Assembly: GCA_963810935.1 (NCBI GenBank)
Contig: CAWEPK010000004.1
Coordinates: 1 to 30,423 of the forward strand
From: an uncultured delta proteobacterium
Lineage (GTDB): Bacteria; Desulfobacterota; Syntrophorhabdia; Syntrophorhabdales; WCHB1-27
DNA length: 30,423 nt
Direction: 5' to 3'
How positions within the stretch are numbered: position 1 is the stretch's first letter; each line of letters opens with the position of its first letter. A program made the position numbers and the translations under genes. Under the pieces are notes generated by a model. That model was not told the DNA's origin. It searched no databases and saw only the letters and a list, made by a program, of their open reading frames with translations. This document shows, one piece after another, positions 8,046-18,794 of the stretch.

Positions 8046-11000
8046 ATGACGGAACCAATGAAGATCAAGATAAACAGCAAGGAATATACGGCTAATCCGG
8101 GCGATACCATACTCGATGTCGTCCGGAGGTACGATATAGACAACATACCGACCCTCTGTCACGACCCGAAGCTCCCGCCTTACGGCTCCTGTTACCTCTG
8201 CGTCGTGGAGGTCGAAGGGCTGGCGAAGCTGGTCCCCTCCTGCTCCAGCCCTGTGACGCCGGGGATGGCCGTCCATACGGACAACGAGAGGATCAAGGAG
8301 TCGCGGAGGACGGCCCTCGAGCTGCTCCTCTCCAACCACTACGCCGACTGCCTCGGGCCCTGCACCCAGACGTGCCCGGCCGGCGTGGACGTGCAGGGGT
8401 ATATCGCCCTCATGTCGATGGGCCGGTACAGGGACGCGGTCAAGCTCATTAAAGAGACAAACCCGCTGCCCCTGGTCTGCGGCCGCGTCTGCGTGAGAGA
8501 GTGCGAGACTGCCTGCCGGCGCAACCTCGTTGACGACAAGGTCGGGATCGACTACCTGAAAAGGTACGCGGCGGACATCGACATCGAAGATCCGTGGGTA
8601 CCCGAGCCTGCCTGCAAGGAACGGCAAGAAGGTGGCCATCGTGGGCGGCGGCCCGGCGGGCCTCACCTGCGCCTACTTCCTCACCCTGAAGGGTTACTCA
8701 CCGACCATTTTCGAAAACCTCCCCAATCTGGGCGGCATGCTGCGGTATGGCATACCGGAATACCGGCTGCCGAAGGCTATGCTAGACAGAGAAATAAAGT
8801 GGATCACCGACCTGGGGGTCGAGGTGAAGACAGGCGCAAAGCTGGGCAAGGACTTCACCCTTGAGTCGCTCAAGAAGGGATACGCCGCCGTATTTCTGGC
8901 GCTGGGCGCGCAGAAGGCAAAGACGATGGGCGTCGCCGATGAGGAGAGCACCAAAGGCGTCCTCGGAGGCGTCGACTTCCTCGGCCAGATGCAGTCGCCA
9001 AACCCGCCCGCCATATCAGGCACGGTTGTCGTCGTCGGAGGCGGCAACACGGCCGTCGACGCGGCAAGGACGAGCCTGCGCATCGGCGCGAAGAAGGTCA
9101 TCATCGTCTACCGGAGGACGGTAAGCGAGATGCCCGCCCACCCGATGGAGGTGGAGGCGGCAGCGGAGGAAGGCGTCGAGATGACCTTCCTGTCCGCCCC
9201 GGTCTCGATCGTGGCGAAGAACGGGAAGCTCAAGGCACTCCGCTGCATGCGCATGGAGCTTGGAGAGATGGACGCGAGCGGGCGGCGCAGCCCGAAGCCT
9301 GTCCCCGGCTCCGAATATGACATACCCTGCGATTTTATCATCTCCGCCATCGGGCAGGACATCGACCTTGGCACGCTGGACACGGAAAACGGCGTCAAGG
9401 CGACCCGCCAGAAGGCCATAGTTGTCGACAAAGATTCGTTCGCAACGTCGGTACCGGGCGTTTTCGCGGGCGGCGACGTAGCGACGGGACCGGCGGTGGC
9501 CATCGACGCAATCGCTCACGGCAAACGCGCAGCACTGGCAATAGACCAGTACATACAGACAGGCAAAATGGGCCAAGGGACGAAGGCCTTCATATCGAAG
9601 AAAGACGCCTTCGGCGAGATACCGCAGAGCGAGTTCGCCCAGCTAAAGCACATTGATAAGGAGCGCATGCCTGAAATGCCCGTAGCGGAAAGGGTCAAGG
9701 GGCAGGCAGAGGTCGAGTTGGGCTTCACGGAAGCGCAGGCGGCGAACGAGGCGTCGCGCTGCCTGGAGTGCGGCTGCTCCGCATATTTCGACTGCGACCT
9801 GAGGAAATACGCGAGCGAGTTCGGCGTCGATATCGACAAGTTCAAGGGAGACACGCGGAAGTTCAAGGTCGATACGGCCCATCCGCTTATCACCCTCGAC
9901 CCCAATAAATGCATCAACTGCGGCCGCTGCGTCAGGACGTGCTCCGAGATATTGAAGATATCGGCGCTCGGCTTCGTCAACAGGGGCTTCAAGTCGGTAG
10001 TCAAGCCGTCCATGGAGAAAACCCTGCCGGAGACGACCTGCGTCTCCTGCGGCAACTGCATAGCCGCCTGCCCGACCGGGGCCATTACCGAGAAGACGCC
10101 GTTTTGCAAGCCGGGGCCGTGGACGTTCGAGGATAAGGAGTCGGTTTGCACGTTCTGCTCGGTCGGGTGCGTCCTCAATTACCGGGTCTTCGCGGACGGC
10201 CTTTTCACCGTCTCGAACGTGGACGGGATGTCCCACAACACGGGTTACCTCTGCCCGAAGGGACGCTTCGGCTACAGGTACATGCTGGAGAAAGACAGGC
10301 TCACCAAGCCGCTCATCAGGAAGCGCGGCAGGTGGCAGGAAGCGACATGGGATGAGGCGATCAAGTACACGGGACAGAAGCTGAAGGAAATCATAGCCGC
10401 CTCCGGCGCGCAGTCGGTGGCAGCCTTCGCTTCGCCTAAGATGAAGAACGAAGAGCTTTACCTCCTGCAGAAGTTCGTCCGGGCAGGGCTGAAAACGAAC
10501 AACGTAGGCAGCTTCTCGACCTTAAGCAACGGCATAGAGAAGAACGGCCTCGATGCGATGTTCGGCCTAACCGTCTCAACGGCAACTATGGACGACCTCA
10601 AGGAAGCCAACGTCATAGTCGTGATTAACTCCGACCCCGGCCAGGACAACCTGGTCGCGGAGCTGAAGATCAAGGCCGCGCTGAAGAAGGGCGCCAAAGT
10701 CGTCACCGTGGCCTCTTCGGAGATACCCCTGGTGAAGTTCTCCGAGATGTGGGTGGACTCAAAGCGCGGCACCAACACGGCCCTCTTAAACGGCCTTTGC
10801 CGGTCGATCCTGAACAAGAAGCGGGAGGATGCCTCTTTCATCTCAGCGAAGACGGAAGGGTTCGAGGCATTCAGGAAGGCGATGGCCGCTTTCGACGCCG
10901 GGCCGGTCTCCGAGATAACCGGGGTGAACAAAGAGAAGCTGGAGAGTTTCTTCGACCTGGTCGGCGACCCTGCGAACAAGGTAGTGGTGGTCTACGGCAT

Positions 11001-11811
11001 AGATACCCTGTGGGACAAATCGAAGAACGACCTTCAGGCCATAGGCAACTACATGATGCTTTCCGGCAGGGCGGCAAAACCGGGCAACGGCATTATCGTA
11101 CTGCGCGATTTCTCAAATGCGCAGGGCCTGCTCGATATGGGCGTAGACCCGAAGTATCTGCCGGGGTACGTGAAGCCGACTGATGCGAAGGGCGTAGCCG
11201 GCTTTGAAAAGCTCTGGGGCGTTCCCCTGAAGGATGTCTTCAAGCCGGTTAATCTCAGGGACGCCATGGAGAAAGATAAGATAAAGGCGCTCATCGTTTT
11301 CGGCGAGGACCCGCTTTTCGCAGCCTCCAAGCTGAAGCTTACCGGCGGTGCGGAATTCATGGTCGTCGTCGACTCTTTCATGACGGAGACGGCGAAACAG
11401 GCCGACGTGGTATTGCCGGGGGCGCTGCCCATCGAGGCGGAAGGCACGGTAACGGCGTGCGACCGTAGGGTGCAGAAGACGACAAGGATATTCGAGCCTG
11501 CGGCGGGCATGGAGAACGGCGAAATCCTGGAAGGCCTGGCAAAAGCGATGGGCATAGATTTGGCCCCGAAGGGCGCGAAGGCCGTCGCGGACGAGATAGG
11601 AAAGGCCGTCCCGTTCTACAAGAAGCTCGCGGAAGGAGGCTTCTGGGGCAAGGACCTGTTCAAGGAAGGGTTCCTGACGGCTGACGGAAAGGCGCATTTC
11701 GCCCTCTTCGAGCTTGACGTCACCCCGCCTTACGGAGAGAAAGAGCGCTGCCTCTTCGATGAGAACTATTTCGATACGACGGTAGGTAAGCAGATAGGAA
11801 GGGTAAGGTAG
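8046..11811 (+). CDS. large subunit: [2Fe-2S] + GltD-like FAD/NADPH domain + NuoG-like Fe-S domains + cofactor-less molybdopterin-oxidoreductase-like domain; +1 frameshift at ~8607, probably an error; ~1254 aa when repaired
   Basis: IPTLCH..CYLCVVE..SC, CLGPCTQTCPAG, CGRVCVRECE, then after the shift KKVAIVGGGPAG, GGGNTAVD..YRRT, FAGGD, CINCGRC, CVSCGNC, CTFCSVGC..CPKGRFG. The two ORFs 8046-8864 and 8632-11811 join as WVPELPARNGKKVAIVG. Confidence 0.88.
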
Positions 11812-11903
11812 GCGTCCTCGGACGAAGGTACCGGAAGGTGCCGGTGTGAGGTAACGATTTATGGTATAGTATGGCATAAAGAGCCGCCGGGGAGAAAAAT
11901 AGC

Positions 11904-13568
11904 ATGGCGCGGACGGATCGGGGAGAGCTTCCAAAGGACCTGAAAAACGGGGAACAGGGCCAACCGGAAAGGCCCGTCGAAGGTGCGTCCGACTCGATAT
12001 TCAGGCAGTTGTTCGAGAAGGCGCCTACGCCCCTTTTGATTTCCCGGCTGAACGGAGACATCATAGAGGCCAACCCGGCCTTCTACAAGCTCCTCGATTA
12101 TCCGGTCGACGGCTCGGTCGGGCTCAATTTCGTCAGGGACAACCTGTACGAGAAACCGGAAGTCCGGCCCGTCATCCACCAGAAGCTCTTCGAAGACGGC
12201 TTTCTGGACACTTTTGAGTTGAACCTTCTCGACAGGCACGGCAATCCCGTGCCTGTTCTTGTCTCCTATGCCCTTATCGAGTTTAACGGCGAGCGCTGCA
12301 TCGAGTCGGCCTACAAGAACATCAGGCTGCGCAAAGAGCTCGAAAAAAAGCTGATCGATCAGAACGAGAGCCTGGAGCAGAGCGTGCGCCAGCGCACGGC
12401 CGACCTCCAGAACCAGAAGGACCTCCTGGTCAAGAAGAACCAGGAGCTTACCGCAATGGCCGAGAAGCTGAAGGAGCACAAGACACGGCTCCAGACGCTT
12501 TTCAACGCTATTACCGACACCGTCGTCGTGATCGATCCCGATTCCAATATACTGATGAGCAACAAGAAGTATATCGGCAACAAGGGCAAGTGTTACAAGA
12601 AGATCTTCGGACAGGAAGGCCGGTGTCAGGACTGTCTGGCAGATAGGGTCTTCAGGGAGAGGGCCTACGTTTCTACCGAAAAGGTCGTAGACGAAGAATA
12701 TTACCTGCTCCAGGCGTACCCGATCTTCGACCTCGAAGGCGGCGTCAGGGGCGTGCTCGAGATAACGCGGCTCGTCACTAAGGAAAAGAACATGGAGCGG
12801 CAGCTCCTCCAGGCGGACAAGCTGGCTTCCCTCGGGCAGCTGGTATCAGGCATCGGCCACGAGATCAACAACCCCAACACGTTCATACGCGGCAACCTGT
12901 TCATCGTCCAGGAGGCGATGCGCGACATCTTCCCCGTCCTGGACGACTATCACAAACAGCACCCGGAGATGAAGATCGCGCGCCTCAATTACGAGATCTT
13001 CAGACAGAACATCCCCATCCTGATCGACGACATGGTCGAGGGCGCAAACCGGATCAAGGGCATAGTCGACGGCTTGCGCAAGTTCGGGAAGAGGGACGAA
13101 GGCTTCCTGAACGAGATCGTCAACCTGAACCTCGTAACGGAAAGCTGCCTGAGGCTCGTGGACAACCAGATCAGGCGCAGTGCAGACGTGAAATCAAGCC
13201 TGGACGACGACCTGCCGGCGGTCATGGGCAATTCACAGAAACTCCAGCAGGTTATTCTCAATATCCTCATCAACGCGTCGCAGGCCATCGACAAGTCGCG
13301 GGGGACGATCAAGGTATCGACGCGGTTCGACGGCAAAGAGGTAGTGCTCAGGGTGAAAGACAACGGCAAGGGCATGGACGAGAAAACGATAAGTCAGGTT
13401 TTCGATCCGTTCTTCACGACCAAGAGGAACCAGGGCGGGACGGGCCTCGGCCTTTCAATCGCCTATGGAATCATAAAAGAGCACAAAGGCAGGATAGAAG
13501 TAGTCAGTGAGATTGGCGTAGGGACCACTTTCTGCATCTACCTCCCTCTTGCGAGCGCGGAGGGTTAA
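11904..13568 (+). CDS. cytoplasmic PAS-PAS sensor histidine kinase (NtrB-like)
   Basis: Two PAS-like segments, a coiled coil, H-box GIGHEINNP, N-box NILINASQA, DNGKGM, FDPFFTTK and GTGLGL. No transmembrane segment seen. Confidence 0.92.
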   Translation: MARTDRGELPKDLKNGEQGQPERPVEGASDSIFRQLFEKAPTPLLISRLNGDIIEANPAFYKLLDYPVDGSVGLNFVRDNLYEKPEVRPVIHQKLFEDGFLDTFELNLLDRHGNPVPVLVSYALIEFNGERCIESAYKNIRLRKELEKKLIDQNESLEQSVRQRTADLQNQKDLLVKKNQELTAMAEKLKEHKTRLQTLFNAITDTVVVIDPDSNILMSNKKYIGNKGKCYKKIFGQEGRCQDCLADRVFRERAYVSTEKVVDEEYYLLQAYPIFDLEGGVRGVLEITRLVTKEKNMERQLLQADKLASLGQLVSGIGHEINNPNTFIRGNLFIVQEAMRDIFPVLDDYHKQHPEMKIARLNYEIFRQNIPILIDDMVEGANRIKGIVDGLRKFGKRDEGFLNEIVNLNLVTESCLRLVDNQIRRSADVKSSLDDDLPAVMGNSQKLQQVILNILINASQAIDKSRGTIKVSTRFDGKEVVLRVKDNGKGMDEKTISQVFDPFFTTKRNQGGTGLGLSIAYGIIKEHKGRIEVVSEIGVGTTFCIYLPLASAEG

Positions 13569-14932
13569 TGGATCGTATTCTGGTTATCGACGACGACCAG
13601 GCAGTGCTGAACTATCTGAACGTATTTCTGCTCCAGTCGGGCAACTTCGAGGTCACTACGTTGAGCAACAGCAATAAGGCATATGCCGAGTTGTGGAAAA
13701 ACTCATACGACCTGCTTATCCTCGACATGGACATGCCCGACGTTACCGGCCTCGACATCCTGAGGAATATCCAGGAAAACAACATCGAAATCCCCACCAT
13801 CGTACTGACGGGCGTCGATGACGTCGAGCTTGCCGTCTCGGCAGTCAAATTGGGCGCGATGGAGTACCTGACAAAGCCGGTCGAGAACGAGCGCCTTCTC
13901 AAGCTCATCAACGTGGCGCTTGAGAACAGGAAGCAGAAGATCATCGAAGAAGGGGATGTCGCCCCGTCTCAGGAAAACTTGCAGTTCAAGGACGCGTTCA
14001 AAGACGTCATCACGCAGAACGAGAAGATGCACAAGCTCTTTTCCATGATCGAGAAGATGGCCCAGACGGAAGCAAGCGTGCTGGTCTGGGGCGAGAGCGG
14101 CACCGGCAAGGAGCTGATCGCGCGCGCCATCCACCAGATAAGCAAAAGGACCAACCAGAATTTTATCGCGGTCAACGCGGGCGCCTTCGCGAACGAGCTG
14201 TTCGCCTCGGAGTTCTTCGGCCACAGCCAGGGGGCCTTTACGGGGGCGACGGCGAATAAAAGGGGCCTTGTGGAAGAGGCTGACAAGGGGACGCTTTTTT
14301 TGGACGAGATCGGCGAGCTTGCCCTCCCCATACAGGTAAAGCTGCTCAGGGTCTTGCAGGAGGGTGAGTTCTTCCGCCTAGGCTCGACCAAGAACCAGAA
14401 GGTGGACGTGCGCATCATCGCGGCAACCAATAAGAACCTGCATGAAGAGATCAAGAAGGGCAACTTCAGGAAAGACCTTTTTTACCGCCTCAATATGAAC
14501 TCCGTCTACCTGCCGCCGCTTCGCGAGAGGAAGGGAGACGTCTCGCTTCTGGCCAACCATTTCCTGGCCGTCTTCTGCAAAACCAACGGCAAGAAGATCG
14601 AAAGGATATCGGAAGGGGCGATGAAGCTCCTCACGCATTACGATTACCCGGGCAACGTGCGTGAGATGATGAACATCATAAACAGCGCGGTGATCATAGA
14701 ATCGAGCGTCGAGCTGCGCAAAAAGTCCTTCCCCAACTATTTCCTGGAAAATACCGTCATAAGCGAGAACGGCTTCGGGGACGCACCCTTGAAGAGCCTG
14801 GAGGACGTCGAAACGGACCACATCAGGAAGATACTCGCCTACACGGCCAATAACAGGACAAAGGCTTCCCAGATCCTCGGCATATCGCGGATCAGCCTGC
14901 TCGCCAAGATCAGGAAGTACAAGCTGGAATAA
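13568..14932 (+). CDS. sigma54-dependent response regulator (NtrC family)
   Basis: REC (ILVIDDD, LDMDMP, KP), Walker A GESGTGKE, GAFTGA, LFLDEIGE, FRKDLFYRL, YPGNVRE and a Fis-type HTH. Start overlaps the kinase stop (TAATG). Confidence 0.95.
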   Translation: MDRILVIDDDQAVLNYLNVFLLQSGNFEVTTLSNSNKAYAELWKNSYDLLILDMDMPDVTGLDILRNIQENNIEIPTIVLTGVDDVELAVSAVKLGAMEYLTKPVENERLLKLINVALENRKQKIIEEGDVAPSQENLQFKDAFKDVITQNEKMHKLFSMIEKMAQTEASVLVWGESGTGKELIARAIHQISKRTNQNFIAVNAGAFANELFASEFFGHSQGAFTGATANKRGLVEEADKGTLFLDEIGELALPIQVKLLRVLQEGEFFRLGSTKNQKVDVRIIAATNKNLHEEIKKGNFRKDLFYRLNMNSVYLPPLRERKGDVSLLANHFLAVFCKTNGKKIERISEGAMKLLTHYDYPGNVREMMNIINSAVIIESSVELRKKSFPNYFLENTVISENGFGDAPLKSLEDVETDHIRKILAYTANNRTKASQILGISRISLLAKIRKYKLE

Positions 14933-14945
14933 ACCTTCCCCCGTT

Positions 14946-15461
14946 TTAGCAGCCGCAGCCTTCGTCGCACGTCGGCCCGCATGAAGATCCGCAGCCGCAG
15001 CCTTCCTCTGCATGGGCTTCGGCCAGCTCCGCAGGCGTCGCTTCCCGCACCTCGACAACTTCCACGTCGAAGGTCAGCGACCTGCCGGCCAGCGGATGGT
15101 TGGCGTCCAAAAGGACCTTATCTTCCTCGATCTGGGCGATGGAGGCGACCATTGCACCCTCGGCGGTACGGACCCGCAGCGGCATGCCGACCTCCATATT
15201 GGGGACGCCCTGCAATTGCTCCTTCTTTACCTCGAAAAGCAGCTCCGGCCTGCGCTCACCGTAGGCTTCTTCCGGCTTTACGGTAAAAGTGAAGGCGTCC
15301 TTCGGCGATTTCCCTTCGAGCGCCACCTCGAACCCTTTGATCATACCTGCGCCCTGGATATACGTCAGCGGGGTCCTCTCTTTCGAGCTTTCCATCACCT
15401 GCCCGTTTTCGTCCCTTAGGGTATAGTGAACGGTTACGGCTTTGTCTTTAGCTACTTGCAT
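14946..15461 (-). CDS. slyD: FKBP-type peptidyl-prolyl isomerase SlyD
   Basis: VTVHYTL, PLTYIQG..MIKGFE, PEEAYG, LDANHPLAG, VREAT..EL..H and a Cys-rich tail. Confidence 0.92.
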   Translation of the reverse strand: MQVAKDKAVTVHYTLRDENGQVMESSKERTPLTYIQGAGMIKGFEVALEGKSPKDAFTFTVKPEEAYGERRPELLFEVKKEQLQGVPNMEVGMPLRVRTAEGAMVASIAQIEEDKVLLDANHPLAGRSLTFDVEVVEVREATPAELAEAHAEEGCGCGSSCGPTCDEGCGC

Positions 15462-15628
15462 GATTTCTCCTCTTTCTTTTTCGATGTTGACAAGAAACGT
15501 TAGACGGGCTCACGCGAAAGGGGCACACGCGGCAGCCGTAAATTTCAAGTCATAAATAAGTTAAGCATTTTTCCCTCCCGATATCCAGTGGCAGCAGGCG
15601 TTCGGGAATCTTTGATGGGGCCGTCCGG

Positions 15629-16963
15629 TCAGCCCGGGGGCGTCGCGAATGCGAAATAACGCAGCCACAGATAAATGTTGGAGACCACGATGGACATGAT
15701 CCAGAACGGGAAGGCATAGAGCATGAATTTTACGAACGATATCCGTTTCCCCATCTTCTCCGACATACCCACAATGACGACGTTTGCCGATGCCCCTATC
15801 GCCGTGCCGTTGCCGCCCAGACACGCCCCGAGGGAAAGGGCCCACCAGACAGGAAGGAGCTGCCCGTAATTGAGTGCCTGTGGAGCCGCGTGAGGCCACA
15901 ACTGCTGGCCCATGTTGATTATGAGAGGATTCATGGTGGCGACGAAGGGTATGTTGTCGATGATCGCGGAAGCCACCGCGGAGAACCAGAGGATGACGGT
16001 GCCGGCCGCAAGCATGTTCGTTCCGGTCGTAGATATTACCGCGCCCGCAAGCATTTTAACAAAGCCGACCTTGACCACGGCGCCCACAACGACGAACAGG
16101 CCGATGAAGAAAAAGAGGGAGTTCCATTCGATGTCCGCGAAAATATGGTGGGGCTCCTCGATGGCAAGAACCAGCAGAAGGAGGGCGGCCCCCGCAAGGG
16201 CGACCGTCGCCGGCTCCAGGTGGAGCGACGCGTGCATGACGAAGCCTGCTATCACGAGACAGAGGACGACCAGGGAGATGACCATTGTCTTTCTGTCTTT
16301 TATCACGCCCGTCTCTTCGAGGTTCATGACCCTCTCCCTGGCCTCGGGGGTCGTCTTGAGGTGCTTGCGGAAGACCAGCTTCAGCATAACGATGAAGACG
16401 GCCAGGATAACGGCGATTACCGGCGTAAGGTGGACCACGAAGTCGTTGAAGGTGAAATTCGCCTTGGAAGCTATCATGATGTTGGGGGGGTCGCCGATAA
16501 GCGTCGCGGTGCCGCCTATGTTCGAGGCGAGCGCCTCCGCCACTAGGTAGGGAATGGGGTCAACCTCCATGTTTTCGCAAATGAAGATCACGATGGGGGT
16601 GATGAGCAGGACCGTAGTCACATTATCGAGGAAGGCGCTCACAAAGGCCGTAACGAACGCAAAGATCGCCATGACCCGGTATGGGCTTCCATTCGCCGCC
16701 TTGGCGCTCTTTATGCCTATATACTCGAAGAGGCCCGTGGGCTTCATCACGTTGATGATGATCATCATCGATATGAGGAGTATGATCACGTTCCAGTCGA
16801 CGCCGAATTCTTCCGAATAGAAGGCCTCCGACTGTGTAAGGACCCTGCACGCGAGGATGATGCCGGCGCCCATGAGGGCTATGATGGTCTTATGGAATTT
16901 TTCGAGGCTGATCAGGGCGTAAGCCACGAAAAAAACGCCCACGGCTATGCAGAATTCGGTCAT
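15629..16963 (-). CDS. ArsB/NhaD (IT superfamily) anion/carboxylate permease
   Basis: Multi-pass hydrophobic protein with SAFLDNVTT, SNIGGTATLIGDPPN, SAIIDNIP and LGACLGGNGTAIGASAN. Confidence 0.88.
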   Translation of the reverse strand: MTEFCIAVGVFFVAYALISLEKFHKTIIALMGAGIILACRVLTQSEAFYSEEFGVDWNVIILLISMMIIINVMKPTGLFEYIGIKSAKAANGSPYRVMAIFAFVTAFVSAFLDNVTTVLLITPIVIFICENMEVDPIPYLVAEALASNIGGTATLIGDPPNIMIASKANFTFNDFVVHLTPVIAVILAVFIVMLKLVFRKHLKTTPEARERVMNLEETGVIKDRKTMVISLVVLCLVIAGFVMHASLHLEPATVALAGAALLLLVLAIEEPHHIFADIEWNSLFFFIGLFVVVGAVVKVGFVKMLAGAVISTTGTNMLAAGTVILWFSAVASAIIDNIPFVATMNPLIINMGQQLWPHAAPQALNYGQLLPVWWALSLGACLGGNGTAIGASANVVIVGMSEKMGKRISFVKFMLYAFPFWIMSIVVSNIYLWLRYFAFATPPG

Positions 16964-17020
16964 GTTGCCTCCGAATTTTAAGCATACCTAAAATCAGCCA
17001 AGTATCCAACTGTTTTCTGT

Positions 17021-17782
17021 TCAGCCGACGATCAGCTTCTGCGGGTCTATCTCTTCCCTCAGCATCCTCAGCTCTTCGGCGCTGGGCGGCAAAGACTCGA
17101 CCGCCCCGGACACGTCGACCGGAAAGCTTATCTCGTCCGTTATTGCCTCCCTCGCGACACCCGGGTAATACTCGGAAAGGTACATCTTTTTGGTCGTCTC
17201 TTGGAACTTGAGCACGCCCATGTTGGTTACTACCGCCACGGGGCCTCCACGCTTGTAACCCATCTCCGCGCGTGATGTACCACCGTGCATCCATCCGGGA
17301 CTCGTCAGATAGTCGAGCTTCTCGACGAAGCGTCGCTTGCCCAACTGCATAAAAATAATAACGCCGGAAGCGAGAGACGCCGCGTCGCACGCCCCTCCGC
17401 TGCCGGGAAGACGGACCAACGGCTTCGAATATTCACCGATGCAGGTTGAGTTCAGGTTGCCGTAGGCGTCGATCTGCGCGGCCCCGAGGAAAGCGATTGT
17501 CGTGAACCGCCTGTGGCCGACTATGGAAAATGCCTCTATAAGGCCGGAATTGAGGGCCGTCCCGTCCATCACCCTCGAATCGGAGACGGCCATGGGCAGC
17601 TCGTCAAGCGCGGGGTCTACCCCGCCGGTCTCGAAGAGCACCACGGCGCGCGGGGCGTGTATTTTCTTCGCTACTGTTGCGGCGAGCATCGACAGGCCCG
17701 TTCCGGCAAAAAGGATGTCGCCGTTTTTGATCAGCCTGCCTGCGCTTATCGCCATCATCTCCTTGTCCGTGTAGTCGCCCAT
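17021..17782 (-). CDS. family I CoA-transferase subunit B (glutaconate CoA-transferase GctB-like)
   Basis: FAGTGL, FETG (catalytic Glu), FLGAAQIDAYGNLNST, RLPGSGGACD, DYLTSPG. Confidence 0.88.
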   Translation of the reverse strand: MGDYTDKEMMAISAGRLIKNGDILFAGTGLSMLAATVAKKIHAPRAVVLFETGGVDPALDELPMAVSDSRVMDGTALNSGLIEAFSIVGHRRFTTIAFLGAAQIDAYGNLNSTCIGEYSKPLVRLPGSGGACDAASLASGVIIFMQLGKRRFVEKLDYLTSPGWMHGGTSRAEMGYKRGGPVAVVTNMGVLKFQETTKKMYLSEYYPGVAREAITDEISFPVDVSGAVESLPPSAEELRMLREEIDPQKLIVG

Positions 17783-17791
17783 TCGATCCCC

Positions 17792-18766
17792 CTATCGCCT
17801 GTCGAGGCCCGGTGTGTATCCGAGCACGGGGTTCGCCCTTATGCCGACAAGGGTCTCTCCGCCCACTTTGTTCAGGTAGCCGTTATGGTCTTTCACGCCG
17901 AAGACCCACTCGTCGAGGTACCTGCGGAACTTCTCGTCGTCCCCGGCAATGCTTTTGTACATGTTGAGGTGCTTCGCGTCGTAGTCGTAGAAAAGGCGGC
18001 AGGCGGTGGGGTGGGCGCCGTAGGGCACCCGGACGATTGCGTCGATCAGGAAGGAGGGTAGAGTGTTCTGGTCGGGGTCGAGCCTTATGAACGACCTGGG
18101 CACGATTTCCTCGCACGTGACAATCACGCAGTCCGCCGATTTTGCCTGCTCCACGTCGGCAAAAGTGAGGCCCTTTATCCTTACGGTGCCGTCCTCCCCG
18201 ACGTACTGCACATGGACGAGGGCAACGTCCGGGGTAAGGGCCGGCAGTAGGACTACGCTCTCTTCCTCGTTGAAGGGGTTGCGGATGACCACAAGTTTCT
18301 TCGGGGCGACCTTCGCTTCCTTCCTTGTCTGCGGGCCGAAGCCTTCCTTGTTGATGAGGTCCGTCCCTATGCCCGACCTGCTGGGCATGAAAGGGAAGCC
18401 GAGCGCCCCGGCAAGGAAGCGCAGGCTCATCTGGTTATTTGAATAATCCTCGCATTCGATCTGCCCGGCCTCTACGGCTTTTTTGAAACGGATGCAGGTG
18501 GAGGCGAACCGGCCGTTCGCCCCGTATGCGACCTCCAGCCTTTTGACGCACCCTGCGCCCACGAGCACGTCCAAGGCCTGGCCCTGGGAGTGGCAGACGA
18601 TATGGAGGTCCCTGATGCCCTGCCTTACAATCTCGTAAGCGGCCGCCATGGGGTTCCTGTTGACGGTAAATCCCCCGAGGGCCAACTGAGCGCCGTCCTT
18701 GACGAACCGCCTGATCGCCTCATCGAGCGGCATAAGCTTTTCTTCTATCTCCGGGTATCTGTTCAT
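17792..18766 (-). CDS. family I CoA-transferase subunit A (GctA-like)
   Basis: LALGGF..RNPMA, AGALGFPFMP, PDVALVHVQ, IVTCEEIV, PYGAHPT. Confidence 0.88.
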   Translation of the reverse strand: MNRYPEIEEKLMPLDEAIRRFVKDGAQLALGGFTVNRNPMAAAYEIVRQGIRDLHIVCHSQGQALDVLVGAGCVKRLEVAYGANGRFASTCIRFKKAVEAGQIECEDYSNNQMSLRFLAGALGFPFMPSRSGIGTDLINKEGFGPQTRKEAKVAPKKLVVIRNPFNEEESVVLLPALTPDVALVHVQYVGEDGTVRIKGLTFADVEQAKSADCVIVTCEEIVPRSFIRLDPDQNTLPSFLIDAIVRVPYGAHPTACRLFYDYDAKHLNMYKSIAGDDEKFRRYLDEWVFGVKDHNGYLNKVGGETLVGIRANPVLGYTPGLDRR

Positions 18767-18794
18767 CCGTTCTCCTCGTGTCTAGCCGCTACGG

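Noticed and set aside
8590..8640. Programmed ribosomal frameshift or true split gene
   Set aside because: No slippery heptamer is present, and the same single-base insertion pattern recurs in unrelated genes, so sequencing error is more likely.
8632..11811. Selenocysteine- or Cys-containing formate dehydrogenase alpha subunit, suggested by nearby TupA and tRNA-Sec
   Set aside because: There is no in-frame TGA and no Cys/Sec-His at the metal-ligand position (NNVGSFSTLSN), and the C-terminal pterin-binding domain is not evident.
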